From the NCBI GenBank assembly GCA_965226235.1, contig OZ245335.1, positions 1,385,552 to 1,449,551 of the forward strand: a stretch of 64,000 bases of DNA, read 5' to 3'. The stretch comes from Candidatus Oxydemutatoraceae bacterium (GTDB lineage: Bacteria; Pseudomonadota; Gammaproteobacteria; Poriferisulfidales; Oxydemutatoraceae). Made by a program: the position numbers and the translations under genes. Below the pieces are notes generated by a model. It was not told the origin of the DNA, did no database searches, and saw only the letters and a list, made by a program, of their open reading frames with translations. This document shows positions 55,991 through 64,000 of this stretch, in pieces. How positions within the stretch are numbered: the first letter of the stretch is position 1; every line of letters begins with the position of its first letter.

Positions 55991-57313
55991 GTGCAGTCAC
56001 TTTGGCAACAATGCGTAAAAGAACTTGCAGTAATTCTGCCTGAAAACGAAATTGATACGTGGATACGCCCCCTTCAGGCAAGACAGGACGACAACGGTCG
56101 ACTATGTTTGTTCGCACCGAACCTGTTTGTCCTGGATTGGATTCGCAAGAACTGCCTTGAGAAGATTCGGGAAACACTGGCTCGGCTAAGTTCCAAAAGC
56201 ATCTCCCTAAAGCTTGAAGTAGGCTCGCCTTCGACACAAAAAAACAATGTAAAACAAAGAAATAATGGATCCGCAACCAAGCCTGGCTCTGCCAGGGGTC
56301 TGAACGTTGAATATCGATTTGATCTGTTCGTCGAAGGAAAGTCAAACCAAATGGCGCGCGCCGCGGCTATTAATGTCGCAAACAACCCTACCAAATCCAT
56401 CTTCAACCCACTCTTCCTTTACGGTGGTGTAGGCCTTGGCAAAACCCACTTGATGCACGCGATCGGCAATGAAGCCCTCCGGCAGAAGCCCGCGTTGAAG
56501 GTGACTTATATTCATGCCGAGCGCTTCGTCACTGAAATGGTCTCGGCAATCAGTTGCGGAAAAATGGCCCGCTTCAAGGAAACCTATCGCTCTGTCAATG
56601 TGTTGCTGATTGATGACGTTCACATGTTCGTAGGTAAAAAACAGACCCAGGAAGAGTTCTTTCACACTTTCAACGCGTTGCACGATACAGGCCAGCAGAT
56701 CGTGCTCACCAGCGACCGCTATCCAAAGGATATAGAAGGCTTGGAAGATCGCCTCAAGTCCCGCTTCGGCTGGGGTCTCGCTCAAGCCATCAACCCTCCC
56801 GAGTTCGAAACACGTACAGCGATCCTGAAAAGCAAAGCGGAACAAATGAGGTACGAGCTTCCTGACGATGTCGCTTTCTTCATGGCCAGGCACCTGCGGT
56901 CCAATGTTCGGGAACTGGAAGGCGCATTGCGGCGGGTCGTTGCAGACTCTCGCTTTTCCGGGGAAAGTATCACGCTCGCTTCGACAAAAAATGCTCTGAA
57001 GGATTTGCTGAGCTCAAACCAGCGCCAAATGGCGATCGGGAACATCAAGGAAATTGTCGCCATGTTCTACCATTTACGCACTTCCGACCTGTCTTCAGTG
57101 CGGCGTACACGCTCGATCGTCAGACCCAGACAAATTGCAATGGCCCTGGCCAAGGAACTTACTTCGCACAGTCTGGCGGAAATCGGGCGGGCATTCGGCG
57201 GAAGAGATCACACAACGGTCCTGCACGCACATCGCAAAGTGACCGAACTGAAAAAACAGGACGCGCAGATAGAAAAAGACTACTCTTTTCTGCTTCGCAC
57301 AATTCAGAGATAA
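55991..57313 (+). CDS. dnaA: chromosomal replication initiator DnaA
   Basis: NPLFLYGGVGLGKTHL, LLIDD, NVRELEG, FGGRDHTTV. Confidence 0.98.
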   Translation: MQSLWQQCVKELAVILPENEIDTWIRPLQARQDDNGRLCLFAPNLFVLDWIRKNCLEKIRETLARLSSKSISLKLEVGSPSTQKNNVKQRNNGSATKPGSARGLNVEYRFDLFVEGKSNQMARAAAINVANNPTKSIFNPLFLYGGVGLGKTHLMHAIGNEALRQKPALKVTYIHAERFVTEMVSAISCGKMARFKETYRSVNVLLIDDVHMFVGKKQTQEEFFHTFNALHDTGQQIVLTSDRYPKDIEGLEDRLKSRFGWGLAQAINPPEFETRTAILKSKAEQMRYELPDDVAFFMARHLRSNVRELEGALRRVVADSRFSGESITLASTKNALKDLLSSNQRQMAIGNIKEIVAMFYHLRTSDLSSVRRTRSIVRPRQIAMALAKELTSHSLAEIGRAFGGRDHTTVLHAHRKVTELKKQDAQIEKDYSFLLRTIQR

Positions 57314-57324
57314 CATGGGTACAC

Positions 57325-57510
57325 AACCTGTGGGAAAGCTGTGGATCATTTCACGACGCATCCTCATTCAACAGGCTATCCACTAGCAATACCTGCGAAA
57401 TAAGATTGATAAACACATGTAAAACAAACAGTTAGAGCAGAAGAAGCAAATATGCACAGCCTCTACTACTAAAAAAGCATAAAATTAGTTTTATAGTACT
57501 TGTCAAACAA
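57325..57510. other. probable oriC
   Basis: Degenerate DnaA boxes (tgtgggaaa, tgtggatca, ctatccact, atatgcaca). Box-GCCT-CTACTACTA DnaA-trio motif at 57450-57471, followed by an AT-rich tract. Confidence 0.7.
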
Positions 57511-57522
57511 AGCAATACGTTC

Positions 57523-58656
57523 ATGCAATTCACACTGGAAAATTCAATCCTTCGTTCAATCCTTCGCCCACTGCGTGGTTTGATTCAGGCAGATAACCGA
57601 ATGATCCCGGCAACAGCCTTTCTTCATCTGCAACTACCTCAGGGGGAAACTGCTGAAACCTCGCTGATTGTGACGGCCAGCAACGCGAGCGTTGAAATAA
57701 GCCAGCGCGTGAACTCGGTCGACATCCAGGATCCTCATCCAGGAGAAGTGTTGCTATCTGCCAGGAAAACAGCGGTAATATCCGACAACGCCTACGAAGA
57801 TGCAATATTTTCTTTTAACTGCTCCACCACTGCAGTCGAAATAAAGTCCGGGCATAGCAAATTTGAATTAGATGCCCTGGCACCAGAACAGTTTCCACAC
57901 ATGGAAGCAAATTCCAGCGAATGGGCCGATCTCAGCATGCGATCAAGTGATCTGCGCTACCTGATCACGCAAACAGAATACGCAATGTCAAAGACGAGTG
58001 ACCCGAGAGACTATCTGAAAGGCATCCTGTTATCAGTGGAAGGCGAGAATATGGTCGCTGTAGCAACAGATGGACATCGCCTCGCTCAGTGCAGCATAAA
58101 GCACCAGGGGGAAAGTCCGGCGGGGAGACGTGCGGTTCTGCCAGCGCCTGCGATCAAGGAAATAAAAGGTATGGCGTCCCCCGATGGAGATGAGATGATC
58201 TCGATGCGGGTCGATGAAAAGCTTATTGTTGCTGAAACAGCTAACATAAAGATCATGGCGAAGGTCTATGAAGAAAAGAGATACCCTGACTACAACCGCG
58301 TTATGCCCAGTGATTTTGCTTATACGGTTGCGGTAGATAGCGAGGAATTACGAAGGGCCCTGGCAACCATGAAAGTGGTCGACAACGCACTCGCCGAGAT
58401 TGAGATGGAAAAAGGGACTTTGAGAATCAAATCGAAGAGTAAGAGTAAGCAGGAGACAGTACAGATTGAGCAGGAGACAGACTATGCAGGAGAAAAGTTT
58501 CGTGTGGGGGTCAATCATGAATATCTGGCCCAGGTATTTGGCGTCATTGATTCCAAGGAAGCCATATTTCAATTTAAGGATGCTAATAGTGCGATGCTAA
58601 TCACGGAAAAAGATGGTTGCAATGCCAGGCATGTAGTGATGCCACTGAGGATGTAA
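57523..58656 (+). CDS. dnaN: DNA polymerase III beta sliding clamp (divergent)
   Basis: 377 aa after dnaA. RDYLKG, VATDGHRLA, YPDYNRV, GVNHEYL, VVMPLRM. Confidence 0.9.
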   Translation: MQFTLENSILRSILRPLRGLIQADNRMIPATAFLHLQLPQGETAETSLIVTASNASVEISQRVNSVDIQDPHPGEVLLSARKTAVISDNAYEDAIFSFNCSTTAVEIKSGHSKFELDALAPEQFPHMEANSSEWADLSMRSSDLRYLITQTEYAMSKTSDPRDYLKGILLSVEGENMVAVATDGHRLAQCSIKHQGESPAGRRAVLPAPAIKEIKGMASPDGDEMISMRVDEKLIVAETANIKIMAKVYEEKRYPDYNRVMPSDFAYTVAVDSEELRRALATMKVVDNALAEIEMEKGTLRIKSKSKSKQETVQIEQETDYAGEKFRVGVNHEYLAQVFGVIDSKEAIFQFKDANSAMLITEKDGCNARHVVMPLRM

Positions 58657-58747
58657 TCAGGTTTCGCCTGAAGAGTATCCGGTCGGATGGGTGCGCCTCG
58701 GAGGGGCATCTGCACAGACATGGAGGGAAAGAGGCGCTTGAGTAGAT

Positions 58748-58763
58748 GGTTTCACGTGAAACA
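58748..58763. promoter_or_regulatory. parS site
   Basis: GGTTTCACGTGAAACA, one mismatch to consensus TGTTTCACGTGAAACA, close to oriC. Confidence 0.85.
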
Positions 58764-58852
58764 TACCTCATGCAACCCCGCGCCTGCTTCCTCTGTCCCC
58801 GCAGAAGATTAGCAACATCTTTCCCTGTTTCCCTAGAGGTGCTTGATTAGAT

Positions 58853-58868
58853 GGTTTCACATGAAACA
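58853..58868. promoter_or_regulatory. parS site (variant)
   Basis: GGTTTCACATGAAACA. Confidence 0.7.
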
Positions 58869-59394
58869 TACCTCATGCAACCCCGTACCTGCTTCCTCTG
58901 TCCCCGCAGAACACCAGCAATGTCTTTCCCTGTTTTCTTGTCGGGTGGGGTATATCATTTGCATGTCTTTGGTGCGTCACCCAATCCGAACAGGGTACGT
59001 AAAAAATGGAAGATTGCAGCTATAGAATCCAGACAGGAAAGGGATGTCACAGGTGGAATGTTGAGGGTGTATCAGGCTGGTGATTACCTTCGAAGGTGTG
59101 CAAGAGCGGATCAATCAGGATGGGTGCCCTTGCACTAACACCAGTGGATATTTTCATGGGATAGCCGAGGGTCCGGGGTCTTGGGTAAGCCGGTTCCAGT
59201 GCCTCTCGGGCAGCATCCGATTGAAATATGAAAATAGCAGAATATAAGTGAAGTTATGGTATTTTAATGGAATTTAGCATCCGAAAAAGCGTTTTTAATT
59301 TTGCTTCGATAAATTGCTCGCGTGGTGAAGATGCACCAAACAAACCGGCCGTGCTTTTATTAGCTTCGTTGTATTCCTGGGTCAGGGGAAGAGA

Positions 59395-60273
59395 ATGATC
59401 GCCATAACGCAGTGTCTAACCCATGTCTTGCTACGTATACCAAGAATGAAACGCTGGCATGACAATCTGGTAAACGAGGGTACCGTTGGCATATTTCCGA
59501 CCCCGGGCAAGCTGTTGCGCCAGTTGTGGAAGGATCTGTGGGCAGTGGTCCGTATGCGGATGCGATCAATAACTCTTTTTTCCGAGGGAGTCGGAGTTTT
59601 TGTACGTACCGGCCGGCTGCCCCAGATAAAACTGTCTCGGAAGTTCATTATCACCTTGGTTGACATGCCACTATCGATGCAGTCTGCACAGCGCTGTATT
59701 GAATCGGCAAGCCGGCACGGCGAAGGGCGGCACCTGGAAATCATGCCTGCGATAGACAAGTTTCATTCCGAAGAGGTTTTCAGGAAACACGGTTTGATCT
59801 GGGACACGGAATACTCTGCTGTGACAAACTCTTTTGCCGGCATGGGGTGCTTTGCGTCCCATTACAAGCTGTGGTCCTACTGTGTTGAGGCAGGTACCCC
59901 GCTGGTCGTACTTGAGCACGACGTCGAATTTATTCGGCCCATTCCATCGCTACGTTTCCGGGACGTCATCGTCCTTGCAGAAGGAGGGAAACGTCCTTTT
60001 ATCCTGGACAGCTTGCTGTCTTCTACGCAGGAAGCCGTCTACGTGGGCAGCCATCTGTATGGCACACATGCCTACGCGATTACCCCGGAGGGCGCTCAAA
60101 AGCTGATGGAGCAGGCACGGCGGCAGTTTTTACCGCCAGCAGACTGGTTTATACACAAGCGGCACATAGATGTCATTGCCTGCAGGGAACCTCCCCTACA
60201 GTTGGTTTCAAGGTTTTCTTCGATCGCTACCTGGAACAAGGATGTGCACGCTCCAAAAGTTTACGGGAAATGA
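59395..60273 (+). CDS. glycosyltransferase family 25 protein
   Basis: GCFASHYKLW, VLEHDV, GTHAYAITPEGAQKL, PADWF. Start uncertain. Confidence 0.85.
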   Translation: MIAITQCLTHVLLRIPRMKRWHDNLVNEGTVGIFPTPGKLLRQLWKDLWAVVRMRMRSITLFSEGVGVFVRTGRLPQIKLSRKFIITLVDMPLSMQSAQRCIESASRHGEGRHLEIMPAIDKFHSEEVFRKHGLIWDTEYSAVTNSFAGMGCFASHYKLWSYCVEAGTPLVVLEHDVEFIRPIPSLRFRDVIVLAEGGKRPFILDSLLSSTQEAVYVGSHLYGTHAYAITPEGAQKLMEQARRQFLPPADWFIHKRHIDVIACREPPLQLVSRFSSIATWNKDVHAPKVYGK

Positions 60274-60602
60274 AAAGGCTGCTTGCGGCACCGTTGCGCC
60301 TGCGGAGGAGAATGGCAAGCCAACCAGGATGCTGTCATCTCAAATGGGAGAAACGGCTTACGCTGCACCGAACACGCCACGAAAACGCCAGATTGCAGCA
60401 GGATGCCTTGCAGCGTTCGCTAACCACGAATCCAGCGGCTTCCTCCATTGTTAACACCTTCGGCGCCCCCCTGGCCACCGAGATTGCCGGTTGCGCGACA
60501 GATGGAGAAACAAGGGCCGCAACCTTGCATAATTTGCTTCGCACCAGCGCGTGTCGTCCTCGATAGGGGACACCAGATACGGCAACTCCTTATCTCGGCG
60601 GG

Positions 60603-61568
60603 ATGCAGAGGATGGGGGCGGAATGTGCTTTCCGGCAGGGTGTCGGCGTGGTCCCTGCGGTAATTGACGAGGGGTCGCCACGTTATATACTGCCACCGAG
60701 TTTTGAAAACCGATGTACATGGTTGCCTGTCTTGTTTCATCCGATCCGTAAATTTATTGTGCGAAAGGCGCGGGAGCACCTCTGGTCCCCGGGGAGTCTG
60801 CTTGGTGCGCCTGCGGATATCGATAGGTACCAGGATCATGTCCAGCAGCAAAAATGGGATGTTTCCCGCAGGCTGTTTCTGATGTGGTGGCGAGCCAGGA
60901 AACTTTCCACGGCGGCAGGTTTCCCGCATGAGAAAGCACCCCCGGCAAGAAGGATTTTGGTTCCGGCTAACAGGTGGGTAGTGCTACAACCGTCCACAAA
61001 CGAAGAGTTCTTGGCGTATACAAAGAAATACAAAGGGTATGAAGCGCTCGTAATGAGCAAAGAAGAAGCAAGGTCACTTCAGGAGAAATACATACTAAGC
61101 TGGAATATCCGTTATAAGGAAAAGAATCGTTCCCAAAGGGAGGTAATGCACTTTATGCTCCATATCAAGGCATGGGCGCATTGTCTGGAATCGGGAAAGT
61201 CGGTTCTGGTAAGCGAATATGGCAGCCCTCCTCTGACACGCGTACCTGCGGTCCGTTTCAAGCATCTGGCTGTGCTGATTGCGCAGAGGCAGACCACGCT
61301 ACGGGAAAGGGATTTCCGGTTTCCGTTTATGGACACCCCTCTCTGTTATGCCATAACGCCTGACGGAGCGAACAGGCTGATTACAACCGCTGGGAGGATG
61401 TTGCTGCCGTCCTTCCATAGCTATATGGAGAAAATGTTCAAAAAACTCAGTGTGGTTTACTGGCCCCTTTTATCGCAACCAATCGACTATGAAGCCAGGG
61501 TCCTTATTGCCGGGAAAGCCCCCCATCCATTGCAGGAAGCCTTCTGGGATGGTGGTGATCCCAGCTAG
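60603..61568 (+). CDS. divergent GT25-like protein
   Basis: HIKAWAHCLESG..VLVSEY and CYAITPDGANRL align to the upstream GT25. Start uncertain. Confidence 0.65.
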   Translation: MQRMGAECAFRQGVGVVPAVIDEGSPRYILPPSFENRCTWLPVLFHPIRKFIVRKAREHLWSPGSLLGAPADIDRYQDHVQQQKWDVSRRLFLMWWRARKLSTAAGFPHEKAPPARRILVPANRWVVLQPSTNEEFLAYTKKYKGYEALVMSKEEARSLQEKYILSWNIRYKEKNRSQREVMHFMLHIKAWAHCLESGKSVLVSEYGSPPLTRVPAVRFKHLAVLIAQRQTTLRERDFRFPFMDTPLCYAITPDGANRLITTAGRMLLPSFHSYMEKMFKKLSVVYWPLLSQPIDYEARVLIAGKAPHPLQEAFWDGGDPS

Positions 61569-61642
61569 GCATCGAGCATGATGGGCTTGGGAGCCGGGGT
61601 TGCGGTGCCTGGGGGCGCATCTGTATAAGGCCGGAAACAGAT

Positions 61643-61691
61643 GGGTTATTTTAAAATTGGACAAAGGCGACATTACGGCTTTTGGCTAACA
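61643..61691 (+). mobile_element. isolated IS1202/ISNCY-like right end
   Basis: attttaaaattggacaaaggcgacattacggcttttggctaaca matches 23730-23773. Confidence 0.75.
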
Positions 61692-61777
61692 CAAACAGCA
61701 ACCTGTCCTCCTGATGATCAAAGGGGGTGATATAATCGCAACGGTTCTTAGGGGCGTCACTGAGGGCGTCACTTCAG

Positions 61778-62230
61778 ATGAAGCTTGAACGAAGAGAATT
61801 TCTGGTCCTTGGTGCTGCGGTGAGCGCCTCCTGCGTGCTGCCTTTTGGCCTGTCGAAAGATGCGATTGCCTGGCCCAAAGATGTTTTTACGTCGACCGAA
61901 TTACAGGAAACACTGGCGGATTTGTTGCAAGGTCAGAGCCCGATCGAAGGAAAGGTCTCACTTACCGTTCCAGGCATAGCCGAGAATGGGGGGCAGGTTC
62001 GCGTGTCCGTAGAAACCGATCTGCCTGATGTCGAGGCCATCAGCCTGTTAGTGGAGAAAAATCCGGTTCCCCTGACGTCCCAGTTCATTATGACCCTGCG
62101 TTCAAAACCTGAAATTGCGATCAACCTCAAGGTGAGAGAAACCTCCAGGGTCATTGCGCTGGTTAAGGCCGACGGCAAATTCTATATCGCGAGCAGCGAG
62201 GTGCGCGTCACTGCTGGCGGGTGTGGTTGA
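61778..62230 (+). CDS. soxY: thiosulfate oxidation carrier SoxY
   Basis: Tat signal RREFL, AENG, KNPVP, and C-terminal VTAGGCG. Confidence 0.93.
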   Translation: MKLERREFLVLGAAVSASCVLPFGLSKDAIAWPKDVFTSTELQETLADLLQGQSPIEGKVSLTVPGIAENGGQVRVSVETDLPDVEAISLLVEKNPVPLTSQFIMTLRSKPEIAINLKVRETSRVIALVKADGKFYIASSEVRVTAGGCG

Positions 62231-62240
62231 GAGGGGCGAC

Positions 62241-62555
62241 GTGTCGGACTCCATCAGAATGCGGGCCAGCCTGAAGGACGATATTGTCGTGGTGAAAGCA
62301 ATCATTCGGCATCCCATGGAGACCGGGCGGCGCCAGGATGCGGAGTCGGGTGAAACTGTCCCAGCGCATTTCATCCAGAAGGTGCAGGCCGAGTACAAGG
62401 ACCAACAGATATTCCAAAGCTACTGGGGCACGGGCGTGTCAGCCAACCCATTTATTTCTTTCTCGTTTGAGGGAGGCAGCAAGGGTGAGCTTGTCAAATT
62501 GACCTGGGTGGATAACCAGGGGCAGTCCGGCTCGGCAGAGGTGGAGATTCAGTAG
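62241..62555 (+). CDS. soxZ: thiosulfate oxidation carrier SoxZ
   Basis: HPMETGRR, PAHFI, SANP, WVDNQG. GTG start with RBS gagg. Confidence 0.93.
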   Translation: MSDSIRMRASLKDDIVVVKAIIRHPMETGRRQDAESGETVPAHFIQKVQAEYKDQQIFQSYWGTGVSANPFISFSFEGGSKGELVKLTWVDNQGQSGSAEVEIQ

Positions 62556-62690
62556 CAGTCGATTGAAACAGGATCTCCGATGCGTGGGTGTGCCCGGGGG
62601 CCTGGATGTTACACCGGGGAGGCGTATCCTGCGGGCAAGCCTTCACCAGCGGTGGCGGGCGCAGTAGATCGAGGCAACCAGGCGAATCGT

Positions 62691-63425
62691 ATGCTGCCGG
62701 TTTTACACGCGCATTCAAAGGCGAGCGACATTGCTCCCGATCTCGCATCAGGCGCAACCTGCCCAAGTGTGACCTGTATTCTGTTGCATGGTCTCGGCGC
62801 GCAGGCCGACGACTTGCGCGGTATTGCCAGGGATCTCTCCCTGCCGAACGCCAACATAGAGTTCATTTTGCCGCAGGCGCCGACGAGATCGGTCACCCTC
62901 AATGGAGGAGCGGCCATGCCGGCGTGGTTTGATATTTTTTCCTCCCGCGGTTCGCGGCAGGACGGTCCCGGCATCCGGCGCGCCTGCGCCGAACTCGATG
63001 AGATCATCGCCGATCGACACCCCGTAACCACCACAGGGCAGTGTCGTGTTTTTGTCGGGGGATTCTCCCAGGGAGGTGCCGTCGCATTGCATTACGCGAC
63101 CCGTTCGCCGAGGCTACTCGCTGGCGTGATCGCACTCTCGGGGTATTTGCCGCTCGCGGACGAGCTCGCGCAAGCCGCCACAGCAAGTGGGCGCGAGACA
63201 CCCGTATTCCTGTCGCACGGCACCCGTGACAATGTCATTCCTATCGGTTACGCGGCTACGGCGCGCGATCTGCTCAGGCAGAACGGCTTTCGGGTTGCAT
63301 GGCATGAATACCCCTTGGCGCACAGCGTCGACGCGCGGGTGCTCCGTGATCTGTCTGGCTGGATGGCAGACAGGCTCGGTGAGGTCAAGCCTGATAAGTC
63401 TCGAGGTAACGCCGGGCCGCGGTGA
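62691..63425 (+). CDS. phospholipase/carboxylesterase (alpha/beta hydrolase)
   Basis: LHGLG, PAWFDI, GFSQGG, HG..D, H. Start approximate. Confidence 0.9.
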   Translation: MLPVLHAHSKASDIAPDLASGATCPSVTCILLHGLGAQADDLRGIARDLSLPNANIEFILPQAPTRSVTLNGGAAMPAWFDIFSSRGSRQDGPGIRRACAELDEIIADRHPVTTTGQCRVFVGGFSQGGAVALHYATRSPRLLAGVIALSGYLPLADELAQAATASGRETPVFLSHGTRDNVIPIGYAATARDLLRQNGFRVAWHEYPLAHSVDARVLRDLSGWMADRLGEVKPDKSRGNAGPR

Positions 63426-64000
63426 TTTGTGTCCTCACTTGCGCCGGGGCGGTACCACCGTGGCAGTTGCGTAAAGCGACCGAGCCAGCCGGGCTCAGCA
63501 AGGGATACACATCGTCCCCAATCGTCGGGCACAGGGCTTGCAGGGCGGTCAGGTCCAGTTTCTCCAGCGTGCACCCGCGCTTGATCGCGGCCTGCACAAT
63601 GCGCCCGGTGGCCTCGTGGGCGTCACGAAAGGGAATCCCCTTACCCACCAGGTAGTCCGCAAGGTCCGTTGCCGTGGCGTAGCCGGATGCGGCGACGGTT
63701 GCCATGCGTTGCCGGTTGACGCGTAGCGCGGCGATGGTCGCAGCCATAATCCGCACGCAGGCGAGCGTAGTGTCGACCGAATCGAAGACGGGCTCCTTGT
63801 CTTCCTGGTTGTCGCGGTTGTAAGCGAGGGGCTGCCCCTTCATCAACGTCAACAGGCTTACCAGGCTTCCAAAGACTCGTCCTGCTTTGCCGCGCACAAG
63901 TTCGGCGACGTCCGGGTTCTTTTTTTGCGGCATCAGGGAGGATCCCGTGCAGTAGGCGTCTGGGAGTTCGATGAAGTCAACCATTTGCGAGGCCCAAAGG
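63385..64000 (-). CDS. argH: argininosuccinate lyase, 5'-truncated by window edge
   Basis: GSSLMPQKKNPD, YNRDNQEDK, ATDLADYLV, PFRDAH. Confidence 0.96.
   Translation of the reverse strand, partial: LWASQMVDFIELPDAYCTGSSLMPQKKNPDVAELVRGKAGRVFGSLVSLLTLMKGQPLAYNRDNQEDKEPVFDSVDTTLACVRIMAATIAALRVNRQRMATVAASGYATATDLADYLVGKGIPFRDAHEATGRIVQAAIKRGCTLEKLDLTALQALCPTIGDDVYPLLSPAGSVALRNCHGGTAPAQVRTQITAARRYLETYQA

Larger units (their letters stand above)
58731..58935 (+). repeat. 105-bp-period tandem duplication carrying parS
   Basis: Two ~100-bp near-identical copies, at 58731-58830 and 58836-58935. Confidence 0.9.

Noticed and set aside
58731-58935. Palindromic repeats as a mini-CRISPR
   Set aside because: Only two units, the intervening sequence is also duplicated, and the palindrome is parS.
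60270-60566. 98-aa ORF between the GT25 genes
   Set aside because: No motif and atypical composition, so I cannot support it as a gene.
59180-61622. Weak similarity between ~59180-59220 and ~61587-61622 as a direct repeat around the GT25 pair
   Set aside because: Too short and gapped to support by eye. It needs an alignment significance test.

Overview
This is the origin region of a GC-rich gammaproteobacterial chromosome, probably a sulfur oxidiser (soxYZ). A host-associated, sponge-symbiont-like lifestyle is inferred from an expanded sulfotransferase set, a TPR remnant and decaying IS elements. The housekeeping backbone runs rpsI, lysA/lptM, gyrB, xth, an RND pair, phoX, ribF-ileS-lspA, fmt-def, dprA-topA-tsaC-hemF-hemB-aroE, pyrD, gpsA-secB-grxC, accCB-aroQ, comF, bioBF, mnmE-yidC-rnpA-rpmH, dnaA-oriC-dnaN, parS, soxYZ and argH. 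Scattered between these genes are 11 sulfotransferase-like or glycosyltransferase genes (GT77-like, GT25) at 7 loci. The strongest signal is at 5962-7106: an inverted copy of 45297-46470 (a sulfotransferase plus decayed scraps of its neighbours bioF and a DASS transporter). It sits between xth and an FAH gene, flanked by a ~118-bp degenerate target duplication, with no transposase or IS ends. A second cassette is duplicated with alternating identical and hypervariable blocks. Other oddities are microhomology-bounded deletions in the relics, a tRNA-Met with a 3-nt T-arm deletion, a divergent DnaN with no recF next to it, and an IS1202-like MITE holding a REP palindrome. All alignments were done by eye and no databases were searched.
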